Part shown: positions 26,361 through 37,414 of the stretch, one piece after another
How positions within the stretch are numbered: the stretch's first letter is position 1
Layout: each line of letters begins with the position of its first letter
Sequence record: MT679221.1
Length of the DNA stretch: 64,000 nucleotides
Strand: one strand, 5' to 3'
Made by a program: the position numbers and the translations under genes
Notes under the pieces: model-generated
Databases searched by the model: none
Told to the model about the DNA's origin: nothing
The model's input: the letters and a program-made list of their open reading frames with translations, nothing else

Positions 26361-28622
26361 TTATCGCGCTTGTGGTAGGAAAATGTTCGCGATTTGTCGT
26401 GCTGGTATGATATCTAAGGCGGCGTTGACGATGCTGCCCTGCGACCAGGCACTTGCCCAGTTCTGCGCCCAGATAGACGCATTGATTTTAGCCTGCGCGA
26501 TGCCGTTGGTACGCTCGTAAAGCGTGGCAGCGCCCAACACAGACATAAATTCACTGAACTTGTTATCATCATCAAACACACCAATATCGGTTACAATCGG
26601 CATGTACATAACGCGCGACAGGTCACGAATAGTTACCTGTATATCACACGACAACGGCAGACCGTCAGCACGCCAACCTAAACCGCCTGTACCGAACTGG
26701 AGACTCAGGTTAGTTACCATGGCATTACGCATGGAATAACGACCGCGAGAATAGCACTCCAGATAGAACGGGTGTGTAAACGATTGTTTACCGGTTGCTA
26801 ACGGACAAACTGCCGCTAACCAGAACGACAACGGGACAATCAGATCCTGAAACACATCTAAGTCGTTACCCGACCAACAGCGAAGGGGAATACTTAGCGA
26901 GATATCGTCACCTGAGGTGTCTGAGGAGTCCCACACTTCCGGGAAGTCAATCACCGACGAGTTGTACAGTGACATAATCCCTGATAAATGCAAGAAATCG
27001 AGTGCGCCTGTAAAGGCGGACTTCAACCCAGTAATGAGACCATCGACTGCGTCGAAACCAGTCTTACCACCGGAGAGGTTTACTTCCAAAGAACGTGCTT
27101 TCTGCGTGGCGGAGTTAACCGTGCCAGAGATTTCAGGTTCTTTGGTGGTGTTGGAGAACGAACGCCCTACGGTATCACGCCCATCAACACGCCAAGTAAT
27201 CCATTGCGAACCGTTACGTATCTCCGAAGCGATGTTCGAAGTTAGGCCATCCATAGCGCCATCTAAAATATCGATATAGTCTTTAAAGACGCTACCGACA
27301 GATTCTTTCTGGCCTTGGTCCATCCAGTTTTCAATTTTCCCAATGTCGAGATTGTTCTCGTCCATCGAGTTTGCTTCAGTCTGACTTTTAGCAACCTGAG
27401 CCTGGTTCTTTTCAACCTGCGCCATGCGATCGGCAAGCTCTTTACGTTGCACGTCACCTTCGTTTTCGAAGTTTTCAGCTTTACCTCCTTGTGACTGAGC
27501 ATCCTGAATGCTTCCGTTCATCCCTGCTACCAGTTCGTCTTCTTTGTTATCGACGTTTTCAAAACCAGCATCGTACCCTTTACCAGCTTTGGCTACGTAT
27601 TCAAGGTTACGTAAAGAAACCTCGTACTGCGCAGCTTTCTCCAAATGGGTTGTTGAGTACGTCGCTTCCAGATAGAAGTTTCGCAAACGGCGAGCCATGT
27701 CTTCTTCGTTACTAGACTCTTTACGAATCTTATCGATGGTTTTCGCCTGGTAGTTGGCCAATGTTTGGTAGCGGTTAATCATTCGATAGATATCGAACTC
27801 ACCATCAGCTGTCCAGATTTCTGGCAGCATGGAGTACCACTCTTTACGGTCGCCGTTGTACTTATTAGCAGTACCGCCTTTCTCAGACCCATCTACAGCA
27901 TTAGCAAGCTGGAAAGTCCCTAACACACCCGTTGGTACCAATCGGCGATAAACTAACTGGGTGTTGACCATATTCTGCACCGCGCGCAGATACAAGTGCA
28001 TTGTCGGTTTCACGTAGTAGTAGCGAGAAGTCTGCTTGTTCAGCACCATCTTCAACATACGTGGCGTAATCAGAATAACCGCAAAGGCAACCGTACCTAC
28101 TGCGGCCCATATTGCTGCGGCGGCAACATACGTCCCCATCGCACGTAACATACCTGGGTAGTCACCTGTGCGTGCCAGATACGCTAGGTTGGAATCGTAC
28201 ATATTCGCGAAGAATGCAGCGACCCCGATATATCGAGGTTTACCGAAACGACAATGAAGATAAAAACTGTTTTGGTTAATAGCTTCGTAATAGAAAGTCC
28301 CTAGACGATAGGAACCACGTTGGTCTTGACCTTTAACGTACTTTGAGTACGAGCCACGACCCGCATCAGGTTGTGCAAAGGCACCTGTTGAACTCGGATC
28401 AGCAAACATCGTAAACTGCGGCGGCGCATTTAACGCTTGCGAACCACCCATCGTGGTATCTTCAAACGAGAGCATCGCGTTAGAGTAACGACGCAAACCC
28501 AGGAAACGCTCATCGCGTTGTGCGGTTGTACCGCCAAACAGGCCGGTTACCCATCCTGAATCTTTTAGTTGTCTTGCTTCCACGTAAAACCTCTCTGTAA
28601 GATGATTAGGGGGTGTTACCAC
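26361..28622 (-). CDS. Baseplate hub / tail-associated protein (phiKZ gp182-like)
   Basis: 753 aa, immediately downstream of the lytic tail gene in the conserved order. Confidence 0.7.
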   Translation of the reverse strand: MVTPPNHLTERFYVEARQLKDSGWVTGLFGGTTAQRDERFLGLRRYSNAMLSFEDTTMGGSQALNAPPQFTMFADPSSTGAFAQPDAGRGSYSKYVKGQDQRGSYRLGTFYYEAINQNSFYLHCRFGKPRYIGVAAFFANMYDSNLAYLARTGDYPGMLRAMGTYVAAAAIWAAVGTVAFAVILITPRMLKMVLNKQTSRYYYVKPTMHLYLRAVQNMVNTQLVYRRLVPTGVLGTFQLANAVDGSEKGGTANKYNGDRKEWYSMLPEIWTADGEFDIYRMINRYQTLANYQAKTIDKIRKESSNEEDMARRLRNFYLEATYSTTHLEKAAQYEVSLRNLEYVAKAGKGYDAGFENVDNKEDELVAGMNGSIQDAQSQGGKAENFENEGDVQRKELADRMAQVEKNQAQVAKSQTEANSMDENNLDIGKIENWMDQGQKESVGSVFKDYIDILDGAMDGLTSNIASEIRNGSQWITWRVDGRDTVGRSFSNTTKEPEISGTVNSATQKARSLEVNLSGGKTGFDAVDGLITGLKSAFTGALDFLHLSGIMSLYNSSVIDFPEVWDSSDTSGDDISLSIPLRCWSGNDLDVFQDLIVPLSFWLAAVCPLATGKQSFTHPFYLECYSRGRYSMRNAMVTNLSLQFGTGGLGWRADGLPLSCDIQVTIRDLSRVMYMPIVTDIGVFDDDNKFSEFMSVLGAATLYERTNGIAQAKINASIWAQNWASAWSQGSIVNAALDIIPARQIANIFLPQAR

Positions 28623-28631
28623 CCCCTACGA

Positions 28632-31600
28632 TTAGCTTGCTTTCCGACTTACGTTTAACGACGGTGTCGGTTGGGTTATTTCCTGCCTGCGTGCAGCTGA
28701 GCCTGGAGGAGGCACATTTGCCGCTTGCTGGATACTACCACCACGCGTGTCGTTTGCTGCTCTCGGATTTGATTTCAAAATATCACGAATCTCTTTCAAG
28801 TAATCGCGAGACTGAATCAGTACCTTGAGCTGCTGAACATCTATCGGGTCACCATTCAGCGTTGGCGTCGATGCTGTAGCATCAGAAGTTGGAGCGGCAA
28901 CTGGACGTGCTGCTGCGTTAACCTGCGCTTCCGCGCCTGCTTTCACTTTAGCAACATCCGTTGCAGACAATCCTTCTGCTGCAGCTTGCGACGCTACGGT
29001 TTCGGCCGTTGTTGAGGCATCGGATGTTCCGGAACCACCTGTGGTTGGTGTAGGTGCTGCTGGTCCTACATTACCTGCGGCGGTAGCCATTGCATCTTGT
29101 GCCGCCATGGCCCCTTTCTGCGTCAATGCGTCATCACGACGATTAGCATTATCTGCTGGCAGGTTATCTGCTGGCGACAGACTCGGATCATTAGCGGCCG
29201 GTGCACCCATTGCTGCTGCCGGGTTGGTTGGTGAATTAGGCGACAAGCCTGCAACCATATCCTTCGTCTTACTCGGATCGGCAGCGACTTCGTTGGCGGA
29301 AATTGCGCCCATGCGGCGGTTCAGTTCCTGAATGACCCCGTCTACGCTACGTATACGACCGTTGCTGTAGAAGACGTTGGCATTCCCTCTCAGTATTGCA
29401 GATGTAATCCCAGGAGCACTTGATGCCGCCATATTCGGATTACGCTTCCATGCTTCCAAGAACTTCTTACCGCCGCCTGCACCCAAGAAGTGGTACAGAT
29501 AAGCCACGGCTGGAGGTGGTGCTTTACCACCCAGGTCACGCTGTGCTTGTTGGATGTTGTCACGAATGAACTGTACACCCAATATAGCATTCGCCCACGG
29601 GTCCATTTGGTTAACACGCGGAATACCAAACTTCCGCGAATACCCCTGCATCATCCCGTTCCACGTGCCGTCAACAAACTGGAACAACCCAGACGCCGAA
29701 GCATACGGGTTTTTAGCGGTGTAGTTAAATCCGGACTCCGCTTTAGCCATTGCCAACGCCACTGCAGGTGGCACGCCCATCATGTTCGCCGCATCGGTAA
29801 TCAATGCTTTGATATTCGGAACGTTCAACGCACCCTTTCTACCCAACATTTCTATCGGGTATTTTTCAGCCAGCGACTTATAATCACCGTCTTTCACATC
29901 ACTCAGGTTAATCGAAGACGAACCAGTGGTCATTGCAGCGTAGTTCCGCACACCACCAACCGCATCGACGACTTGACCCAAGTTACCCGGCACACCACCA
30001 CTCGTACCCGACGGGATGTAGCCTGAGGCGCGAGCACCGTCAGATGACAAAGAATCTCCCGAACTGATGTTCGAGTCTTCTTCATCTTCACCGGTAACTT
30101 CCAGAGAACTGCGGTTCTTGTTACGATCCTTCCAGCGTGCACGCTTGCCATTATTTTTAATGGCTTTAATCATGTTACGCACGGCAAGGTCAGCTTCTTT
30201 TGACAACAGCTTCAACGTTTCCAGCTCGGCTTTGATAGACGACGGATTAGTGTTAGCATCGCCCCCTAATGGGTTGATATTCACTTCCCACACCGACTGT
30301 CTTATACCGCCTTTCAAGCTGTAGGCAGTTGACATCATCAGACTGATTTCGTACAGGTAGCCGCCGGTCAGTTTCAAGTTCAGCGGATCGGCTGTTGGCA
30401 GGTAACGCTTCACCCCAACCAAATACGTCATGAATACCGGTAAGAAACGGTCAAAGAACCACCGTTTCAAACGGTCTTCTTTCGGTGTACCGATAGCGTC
30501 TGGAACCATCGAGGCGATTGCTTTCTTCCAATCTCCTTTGTAGCTTGCGGTTTTCACGTCAATGTCTTTGATGACGTTCTTCTCGAATACCGTAATCAAC
30601 GTGCGTGTGGCGTTGTCGATGGTGGTAAAACCATAAGTCTTCCAACGTACCGACTCCATCGCATTCATGTCTTTCTGGTCGAGCACCGCATTCCAGTCTA
30701 CCTGAATCTGAACCTGCTCTGTTCCGTCTTCCCAACCCTCTACCTTCGCCAGATTTTTATTACGTTCGTTATCCAACTGTCCAAGTTTGTTGATAGCTTC
30801 ATCAACACCCGCGGACTTAATCCCCTCCACGGCCGGTGCCATTCCGTACTTACGTGCTTTCTTATCGTCCATTCTGAACTTGATTGCACGCTCGACTTCA
30901 TTCTGCACTTCCATAACCTCTTCACCGCTCAAAAACTCCTTCGGTGTAAAGGTTACGACGTCCCAGGCCTTCGAGAAGAAACCTTGGTTGACTTTGCGTG
31001 GGTCAGTTAACGAAGAGAACGCTTTTGCATCCTTAGTCATCTTCATTTTGTTGAAGAGTGTCTGCATGTCCTCTTTCGATACTTTCTTCGCATCGCCGAC
31101 GTCAGCCAACTGGATACTATTCGGCATTGATTTCAGTGCCGTAATCCAACGGAGATAAATCGGAATGAAGCGCTGAAGCATAAACGCTTGGAAGGCCAAC
31201 ATCTCGCCTTTTTCCTCAACGTTGATACCGAACCCTTCAGCTAACTTCTGAACGTCTTTTCCACTTAGCCCACGGAGACTGGCTTGGCCATCTTCCGCGT
31301 AAGACACATACTCACGCAATGCGTCTTCTAAGTAACGCGCTTTCGCCCCGTCGTCCGACGACCACTTATCGTAATCACGGAAACCGTACTGAGCTAAACG
31401 CATCTTATCCAGGTACTGGGTATAGGTAGTCGTTGCGATTTTGTACGCGGCGTAACCTGCCGCGGCGATCGCACCACCGATAAGAATTGCCGGCCAGCCC
31501 ACCGCGGTCACGACGGCAGATGCCGCAGTTGCCACAGCGGACACCGCGGGTGCCGCCAAGCGGGTTACTGCGAACTTACCAACATTCCACGCAGCCTTCC

Positions 31601-34600
31601 CTAAAAGGCCTACGGGTTTTAACACACCCCATTTCGTGATAGAACCGAGTATATTACCCACAGTTCCCAAGATACTGACGATGGGACCGATGATAGGTAA
31701 GCCCTTCACCATATCCCACAGACCGCCAGATTTCCCTTTGGAGCCCTGCGCTTTCTCTTTCTTCTCCTTACGTTTCTCACGCCAACGTTTGAAGAAGTTA
31801 AAGTAGTCGCGTTTTTCATCACCTTCAGGCGGCTTGTTACGTTTACCGAACTTCGCAAACATGGTACGAATAATGCCATCGTCACCACCTGCACGGGATA
31901 CTGATTCGCGCATGGTGTTAAACCACGACATCTCTTGCAAGCCAATCATTCGGTCCAAGCGTTCGAATAACCTTGCGCCTGCAGACTTGGCGGCATTCTT
32001 CCCTTTGTTAATAACCCTCCCTGCTGCATCACGGGCGGTCTCAAGGTCTTCCTTCGCATCGCCGTAGACTTTACGGCCAGAAAGGCCACCTTTCGCGTTC
32101 AAATGACTGCGATAAAACTCAGCAACATCATCATCACGTCCAGCCAACCGACGTTCAACTTCGTAACGTGTAGCAATGTCGTGCCGTGCTCCACGATATC
32201 CATCGAGCATATCCCCAGCCCGGCCTCGGAAACCACTGAACCAACCACGCAGGCGGTCACGTCCACGACCAAAGAACGCTTTTGTTCTTGACCAACGTCC
32301 ACCAAAACGTTCAGACAACGACGATTTCGCACGATTATACGCCCCGCGTACTGCACGACCGATCGTACTACCACCGCCACCGACACCCTTCTCCATTTCT
32401 TCTGTCCAACTTTCGTCTTCCGGTTCGCCCGGTAAACGTTGGTTCAACAGTTTATAGATACGGATAAGGATGTGGTTGGTTTTCTTGCCGGTTGATGAGA
32501 AGAGACTGAAACCACCACCCCCACCATCTTTACGGCCTTTCCACCAACGCGTCAGTGGGTTGTCGGTAATCATGTCTTTCAGACGATCGACACCACGTTT
32601 CGCAAAACCGAGCACTTTACCCGGTAAGCTCGTTACGCGGTTGAACGCTTTCTGGAGACGTGTCTTTTCTTCGCCTTCCGGAATCTCGTTCAGCCAGTCC
32701 TTAATCTTACCAACGATGCTGCCTGCTTTCGGTGACAGGAAATCCAGGAACCGTTTCGGTAGCTTAGCCACCTTATTAAAGCCTAAGCCAATCTTACTGG
32801 CCAGACCTTGGGTCAGTGCTTGGATTTTCCCGCCTTTATAGTAGCGGAGTTTACCCGCAGCGGCTAAGTCAGCGGCTGCTAATACCAGATTACCTGCGGA
32901 GTCAACAATATCACTCCCCAGTTTGATGTCGTCCAGCGTTTTCAGCTGAACCATTTTACCATCAATGACCTGATAGTATTCCCCAGCTTCCAGACGTGCA
33001 CCTTGCAGAACAACGTTACCGTGGTCATCGTAAATGTCGCGGATACCCAGTAGTCCTTTACCGAAGGAACTTACCGCTTCAAAGCCCCCACGGACACTAC
33101 CGCTGATAAGGCCACGCATCCGGGTTAAGAAACCAGGACCTTCTCCGCCACCCATCCCTGCGATTTTACCGCGTGCCCAGCCACCGAACTGATTCAGTTT
33201 ATTCCAGGCACCCTTAACACCACGTTTCGCAAAGCCGCCGATTCCTGTTGCGGTGTCGAACAACACGCCACCCCAACGACGAATAAGCCCATCCTCACCG
33301 ATGATAATACGACGGCGTTTACCGCCACCGCTACCACCGCCAGGACGAGGTGGACCCATTTCTTCATCACCAGAACCAGCACCTCCTGCTAACGAAGCCA
33401 GGAGAACCCCTTCTTCGTCCATACTTCTGACGTGCTCCAGAATTTTCTGGAGGGTGTCACTGTTGTTGTTACCCCGAATCGCTTCGATGATGCCGTCAAA
33501 GTTATTCCGTGGTGCTTCTTCGCCACGGTTACGTTGGCTCAGCAATTCAACAAAGTTAGTCGAGGTTTCACCGTAGAGAACTGCGGCTAACTGCCGAGGC
33601 GACATTCCGCGGCCTTTACCACCGCCACGTAAAGCCGGCGGCAACGACGTGTCATCGGCACCACCACTTGCCCCTTGGTTCATTCGGCGCAGATAGTCGC
33701 CTAACGCCGAACCGTTTTGCAGCTTACGTTGAATCTCCTGCTCACGAGTCAATGCACGACCGCTGCGTGTCTTACCCATTGCCAAGTCATTAAACAAGGT
33801 ATAGGGATCGGACAGGTCTTTATCCGCGCCGAAAGTGTCACTCTTCGCGTCGTAGTTAAAGATACCCGCATCGCGCAATGCTCGCTCACCGTAAATATTC
33901 ACCGCCTCGTCGATAATTGCCTGACGTTGGGTGATAGATGACTGCACTGTGGAGATTTTGCGGGCCAGCTCGTTACTTAATTCGTTGCTACCACCGACCA
34001 AGCTATCAGAATGCCCCTGTAACGCTTCCTTAATGCGTTCTGCGGCGTTTCCTGGCATATACCGATGAAGATGCATCGGGTCTTTCAGAATCGCTTCTAC
34101 GTCGAATGCACGACCCTGCGAGGCACGTGACTCGATATAGTCGGCGAGATGCTGTCGATCCTTCTGCGAGAGCGTTTTGCCGCGGTCAACAAAATCCACA
34201 GTGCTGTTAATGGAATTTTGGAGACGCAGGCGTTGTTCATCGTTTGCAACCGCCTTGCGTACGCGGTTACCGACCACTTTACGGTCTACGAACCCACGAC
34301 TGGTGATGTCGTATTCCAGGTCGGCATGTTCGCCATAACCCCGACGAACAGATTTGTTAATCTCTGCCAGCCAGGCAGGAATAACTTCAACCAGGCTAAG
34401 ATATGCTTTACGGTCAAATTTCGCCGAACGGCTTAACGTTTCGCCATTACGTTCGTCAAGGAAGGCTTTCTCACGGTTTAACGGTTGGACAATACCGAGT
34501 TCATTCAATACCCGGAACAAATCCGCCAACGGCCCTTGCGTTTCGCCTGCGATGGCTGAGTTAGAGATAGAGGAAAGATTACCAAAGGTGAACGCGCCTT

Positions 34601-35753
34601 TCTGCAGGCGTTTCATTACCTCTGGATTTTTCTCCATCTCCTCGCGAGTCCATTTCTGGAGTTTCTCGATTTGTGGACCGAGTAGTTTCTTCGCAAGGAA
34701 TCCACTACCCCACGCAGTTGCTTTATCGCGAGCATTTGTTTTGCGACGTTCAGCAGTCAACGAAGAGCTGTCGCTCATGCCGAAATCGTCTTCAACGCCC
34801 ATGCCGAGAACAGATTCTAACAAACCGCGACCTTCGCCAAATATACCAGAAATTTTCTTCTTGGTATTTTCGCGAATCATGTCCATAAACCCGTCAGCAT
34901 ACCGCAACGGGTTCATCCATTCCGCAGCCTGGCGTTTAACGTTCGCCCAACGGACTTCTGAGAAATCTTCCTTCGCGTAATCCGGCAATGCCGTGTTCTT
35001 CACGATGGCTTCTAAAGCAGGCGTATTACGATCGAACTCCGACTGCTTCATCTTCACGATGTCTTGGATGGCAAACAGGGTACGGTATTGCAGTTCGAGT
35101 TTCTTACGCTCGATGTTTAAGAATACCCCGCGGCTTAACCCGGTTAGCAGGTTAATGTCTTTCGCCATCCCAATCATGGTTTGGTGCATTGCATCCGCAC
35201 GCATCTCTTTGATGCTGTCGCGGAGCTTATCCTCTACCATGCTGTCCTGCAGCTGACGTTGTTCTTCGGCGTCCTTTGGCACACCTGAGAAAACGTCGCC
35301 CAGTTCACGATCCATCAACGCCTGATTAGGATCGTAATTTTGGTAATCCAACTGGTCAGATTTTGACCACTTGTCGAAGCGCTTAGTAACTGCATCCGGC
35401 AAGTATTTCTTCATCGTCGGACCGAGTTGGCGTGCTTGCATCTTCAGCGTGCGCTCGGTCTTCTCAAGCTCCCCTTTCGTATGGGCGTAAATGTCCTTTG
35501 CTGCAGCTGCCGCTGACTGATAGCCCTCGTATGCATCAGCTGCCGGCTTAGGCATCCCCTTGAGGATAACTTGGTCACGTTTCCCTTCTGGCCAGATAGT
35601 TGACAACGCCGACTTCCTGGCAACATTCAGGGTACTGAGTATCGGGCTTCGTTTTTTCTCGTCTTTGGGACGGGGTGGTTCACCGAAATCATCCCAGTCG
35701 TCGAGTCTATCTAAATCGATATCATCGAAACCGTCTTTGCCTCTTTTTGCCAT
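28632..35753 (-). CDS. Giant tail protein (tape measure / tail-associated) with lytic transglycosylase domain (phiKZ gp181-like)
   Basis: 2373 aa; SLT motif ALAMAKAESGFNYTAKNPYASASGLFQFVDGTW; hydrophobic Ala/Gly segment; long helical regions. Confidence 0.92.
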   Translation of the reverse strand: MAKRGKDGFDDIDLDRLDDWDDFGEPPRPKDEKKRSPILSTLNVARKSALSTIWPEGKRDQVILKGMPKPAADAYEGYQSAAAAAKDIYAHTKGELEKTERTLKMQARQLGPTMKKYLPDAVTKRFDKWSKSDQLDYQNYDPNQALMDRELGDVFSGVPKDAEEQRQLQDSMVEDKLRDSIKEMRADAMHQTMIGMAKDINLLTGLSRGVFLNIERKKLELQYRTLFAIQDIVKMKQSEFDRNTPALEAIVKNTALPDYAKEDFSEVRWANVKRQAAEWMNPLRYADGFMDMIRENTKKKISGIFGEGRGLLESVLGMGVEDDFGMSDSSSLTAERRKTNARDKATAWGSGFLAKKLLGPQIEKLQKWTREEMEKNPEVMKRLQKGAFTFGNLSSISNSAIAGETQGPLADLFRVLNELGIVQPLNREKAFLDERNGETLSRSAKFDRKAYLSLVEVIPAWLAEINKSVRRGYGEHADLEYDITSRGFVDRKVVGNRVRKAVANDEQRLRLQNSINSTVDFVDRGKTLSQKDRQHLADYIESRASQGRAFDVEAILKDPMHLHRYMPGNAAERIKEALQGHSDSLVGGSNELSNELARKISTVQSSITQRQAIIDEAVNIYGERALRDAGIFNYDAKSDTFGADKDLSDPYTLFNDLAMGKTRSGRALTREQEIQRKLQNGSALGDYLRRMNQGASGGADDTSLPPALRGGGKGRGMSPRQLAAVLYGETSTNFVELLSQRNRGEEAPRNNFDGIIEAIRGNNNSDTLQKILEHVRSMDEEGVLLASLAGGAGSGDEEMGPPRPGGGSGGGKRRRIIIGEDGLIRRWGGVLFDTATGIGGFAKRGVKGAWNKLNQFGGWARGKIAGMGGGEGPGFLTRMRGLISGSVRGGFEAVSSFGKGLLGIRDIYDDHGNVVLQGARLEAGEYYQVIDGKMVQLKTLDDIKLGSDIVDSAGNLVLAAADLAAAGKLRYYKGGKIQALTQGLASKIGLGFNKVAKLPKRFLDFLSPKAGSIVGKIKDWLNEIPEGEEKTRLQKAFNRVTSLPGKVLGFAKRGVDRLKDMITDNPLTRWWKGRKDGGGGGFSLFSSTGKKTNHILIRIYKLLNQRLPGEPEDESWTEEMEKGVGGGGSTIGRAVRGAYNRAKSSLSERFGGRWSRTKAFFGRGRDRLRGWFSGFRGRAGDMLDGYRGARHDIATRYEVERRLAGRDDDVAEFYRSHLNAKGGLSGRKVYGDAKEDLETARDAAGRVINKGKNAAKSAGARLFERLDRMIGLQEMSWFNTMRESVSRAGGDDGIIRTMFAKFGKRNKPPEGDEKRDYFNFFKRWREKRKEKKEKAQGSKGKSGGLWDMVKGLPIIGPIVSILGTVGNILGSITKWGVLKPVGLLGKAAWNVGKFAVTRLAAPAVSAVATAASAVVTAVGWPAILIGGAIAAAGYAAYKIATTTYTQYLDKMRLAQYGFRDYDKWSSDDGAKARYLEDALREYVSYAEDGQASLRGLSGKDVQKLAEGFGINVEEKGEMLAFQAFMLQRFIPIYLRWITALKSMPNSIQLADVGDAKKVSKEDMQTLFNKMKMTKDAKAFSSLTDPRKVNQGFFSKAWDVVTFTPKEFLSGEEVMEVQNEVERAIKFRMDDKKARKYGMAPAVEGIKSAGVDEAINKLGQLDNERNKNLAKVEGWEDGTEQVQIQVDWNAVLDQKDMNAMESVRWKTYGFTTIDNATRTLITVFEKNVIKDIDVKTASYKGDWKKAIASMVPDAIGTPKEDRLKRWFFDRFLPVFMTYLVGVKRYLPTADPLNLKLTGGYLYEISLMMSTAYSLKGGIRQSVWEVNINPLGGDANTNPSSIKAELETLKLLSKEADLAVRNMIKAIKNNGKRARWKDRNKNRSSLEVTGEDEEDSNISSGDSLSSDGARASGYIPSGTSGGVPGNLGQVVDAVGGVRNYAAMTTGSSSINLSDVKDGDYKSLAEKYPIEMLGRKGALNVPNIKALITDAANMMGVPPAVALAMAKAESGFNYTAKNPYASASGLFQFVDGTWNGMMQGYSRKFGIPRVNQMDPWANAILGVQFIRDNIQQAQRDLGGKAPPPAVAYLYHFLGAGGGKKFLEAWKRNPNMAASSAPGITSAILRGNANVFYSNGRIRSVDGVIQELNRRMGAISANEVAADPSKTKDMVAGLSPNSPTNPAAAMGAPAANDPSLSPADNLPADNANRRDDALTQKGAMAAQDAMATAAGNVGPAAPTPTTGGSGTSDASTTAETVASQAAAEGLSATDVAKVKAGAEAQVNAAARPVAAPTSDATASTPTLNGDPIDVQQLKVLIQSRDYLKEIRDILKSNPRAANDTRGGSIQQAANVPPPGSAARRQEITQPTPSLNVSRKAS

Positions 35754-35782
35754 AATGTTTCTTCCAATTCAGGAGCTTAAAA

Positions 35783-37396
35783 GTGAGAAAGCTAAACTGG
35801 GTTGACTTTTACTTGTTAAACGTCAACAAGTCCCTGGTGTCGCATTTAAAACCAGTTACAACAACAGACACCTTTCAGGGACTGACGAAAAACTTTCACC
35901 CTGAAGGACTGTATTCAACCGAAATATTTGGCCTCACAGGGAGCGAGGCACGAGACTCAACGTTCTCGTACATTGATATCAAACTGGATATCATTTCACC
36001 GACCGTTTGTTTGGCACTGTTCCAGCTGAAACAGCTGTACGAAGAAATCTGTTCCGGGAAGCGATTCGCTATCTGGAATGAGAAAGAAAAAGATTTCGAG
36101 CCGGCTCTGCCCAGTGATAAAGGTGCAGACACCGGCTTCAACTTCTTCCTACGCTACTACGAACAACTGACGCCAGGACGCAACGAATCAATGCGTCGCG
36201 ACGAGACAGTCGATTTCTTCAATAAGTTCCGTCCGGTCAGTCTCAGCCGCTATGTGCTGGTTCTGCCTGCGGGATTACGTGATTTGGTCATTCGTCAGGA
36301 TGGCCGCGACCAAGAAGAAGAGATTGGCGGACTCTACCGCCGTCTGATTTCTCTGGCACGTGCAATCCCCGACCGCAGTACGCGAACGGAACTGACTGAC
36401 CCGGTTCGCTGGAAGCTCCAACAAACCTTTAATGACATCTGGATGTACTTTTTCAACATCCAAGACGGTAAAGGTGGTTTTGCACGTCGTAAAGTGACGT
36501 CACGTAAGTTAATGAACGGTACGCGTAACGTACTGTCTTCATTCTCAACCGGTTCCAAGGTCATGGGTCGCGAAGATGCGATTCGTCCAACGGATACCCG
36601 TATCGGTTTGTACCAAACCCTGAAGGCATTACTGCCTGTGGCGCAATACCACATCCGTGAACGTTACCTCAGTAACATCCGGGCAGGGGACGGCAACTTA
36701 TACGGCGTTAACACCAAAACACTCAAGCGTGAGTTCCTGGAAGTCTCCGGGCGGGTGTATGACCTTTTCACTACCGACGATGGCATCGAAACACTCATCA
36801 ACAGAATGGAAGCGCGCGAGCTTCGACATAAACCGCTGATGATTGATCCGGACCATTACGTGGCATTAATCTACCAAGACAAACGCAGCTTCAAAATCTT
36901 TTACGATATTGAAGACCTGCCGGAGGGGCGTGACCGTAAGCTTGTCCGCGGACTGAGCTTAGCAGAACTCCTCTATTTGTCAGGTTACGATATTTGGAAT
37001 GACTACTTCTCGTTCATCACGCGTTATCCGGTTACGGGACGCGGTTCGACTTACTCCTCGACCATAAGATTGGAGACCACCACCTCTTCCCTCTATTTGC
37101 ATGAACTGGAAGACGATTGGGTCACGTTAAAAGAGAAGGGTGCAATTAGCTTCCCTGACCGTACCGTGAAAACCTTTGTGGAATCCATGGCACCACATCC
37201 ATCCCGATTAGGTGGATTGGGTGGTGACTACGATGGTGACACCGGCTCAGCAAACTGCCCGATGTCAACCGAAGCGCTCGAGGAAAATCGGAAGTGGGTC
37301 AGTTCGAAAAACTACTGGTTTGCAACAGACGGCAGTTTCAAAATCAATCCGGTTAACAACGTGATTAAAAGAACGACTGCTGCGCTGTTGAAATGA
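35783..37396 (+). CDS. rpoC: Virion RNA polymerase, beta' subunit N-terminal/catalytic part
   Basis: PEGLYSTEIFG, LVLPAGLRD, R...GTRNV and the catalytic GGDYDGDT (NADFDGD equivalent); GTG start with AGGAG SD. Confidence 0.93.
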   Translation: MRKLNWVDFYLLNVNKSLVSHLKPVTTTDTFQGLTKNFHPEGLYSTEIFGLTGSEARDSTFSYIDIKLDIISPTVCLALFQLKQLYEEICSGKRFAIWNEKEKDFEPALPSDKGADTGFNFFLRYYEQLTPGRNESMRRDETVDFFNKFRPVSLSRYVLVLPAGLRDLVIRQDGRDQEEEIGGLYRRLISLARAIPDRSTRTELTDPVRWKLQQTFNDIWMYFFNIQDGKGGFARRKVTSRKLMNGTRNVLSSFSTGSKVMGREDAIRPTDTRIGLYQTLKALLPVAQYHIRERYLSNIRAGDGNLYGVNTKTLKREFLEVSGRVYDLFTTDDGIETLINRMEARELRHKPLMIDPDHYVALIYQDKRSFKIFYDIEDLPEGRDRKLVRGLSLAELLYLSGYDIWNDYFSFITRYPVTGRGSTYSSTIRLETTTSSLYLHELEDDWVTLKEKGAISFPDRTVKTFVESMAPHPSRLGGLGGDYDGDTGSANCPMSTEALEENRKWVSSKNYWFATDGSFKINPVNNVIKRTTAALLK

Positions 37397-37414
37397 TACC
37401 CATAAGGCACATGT

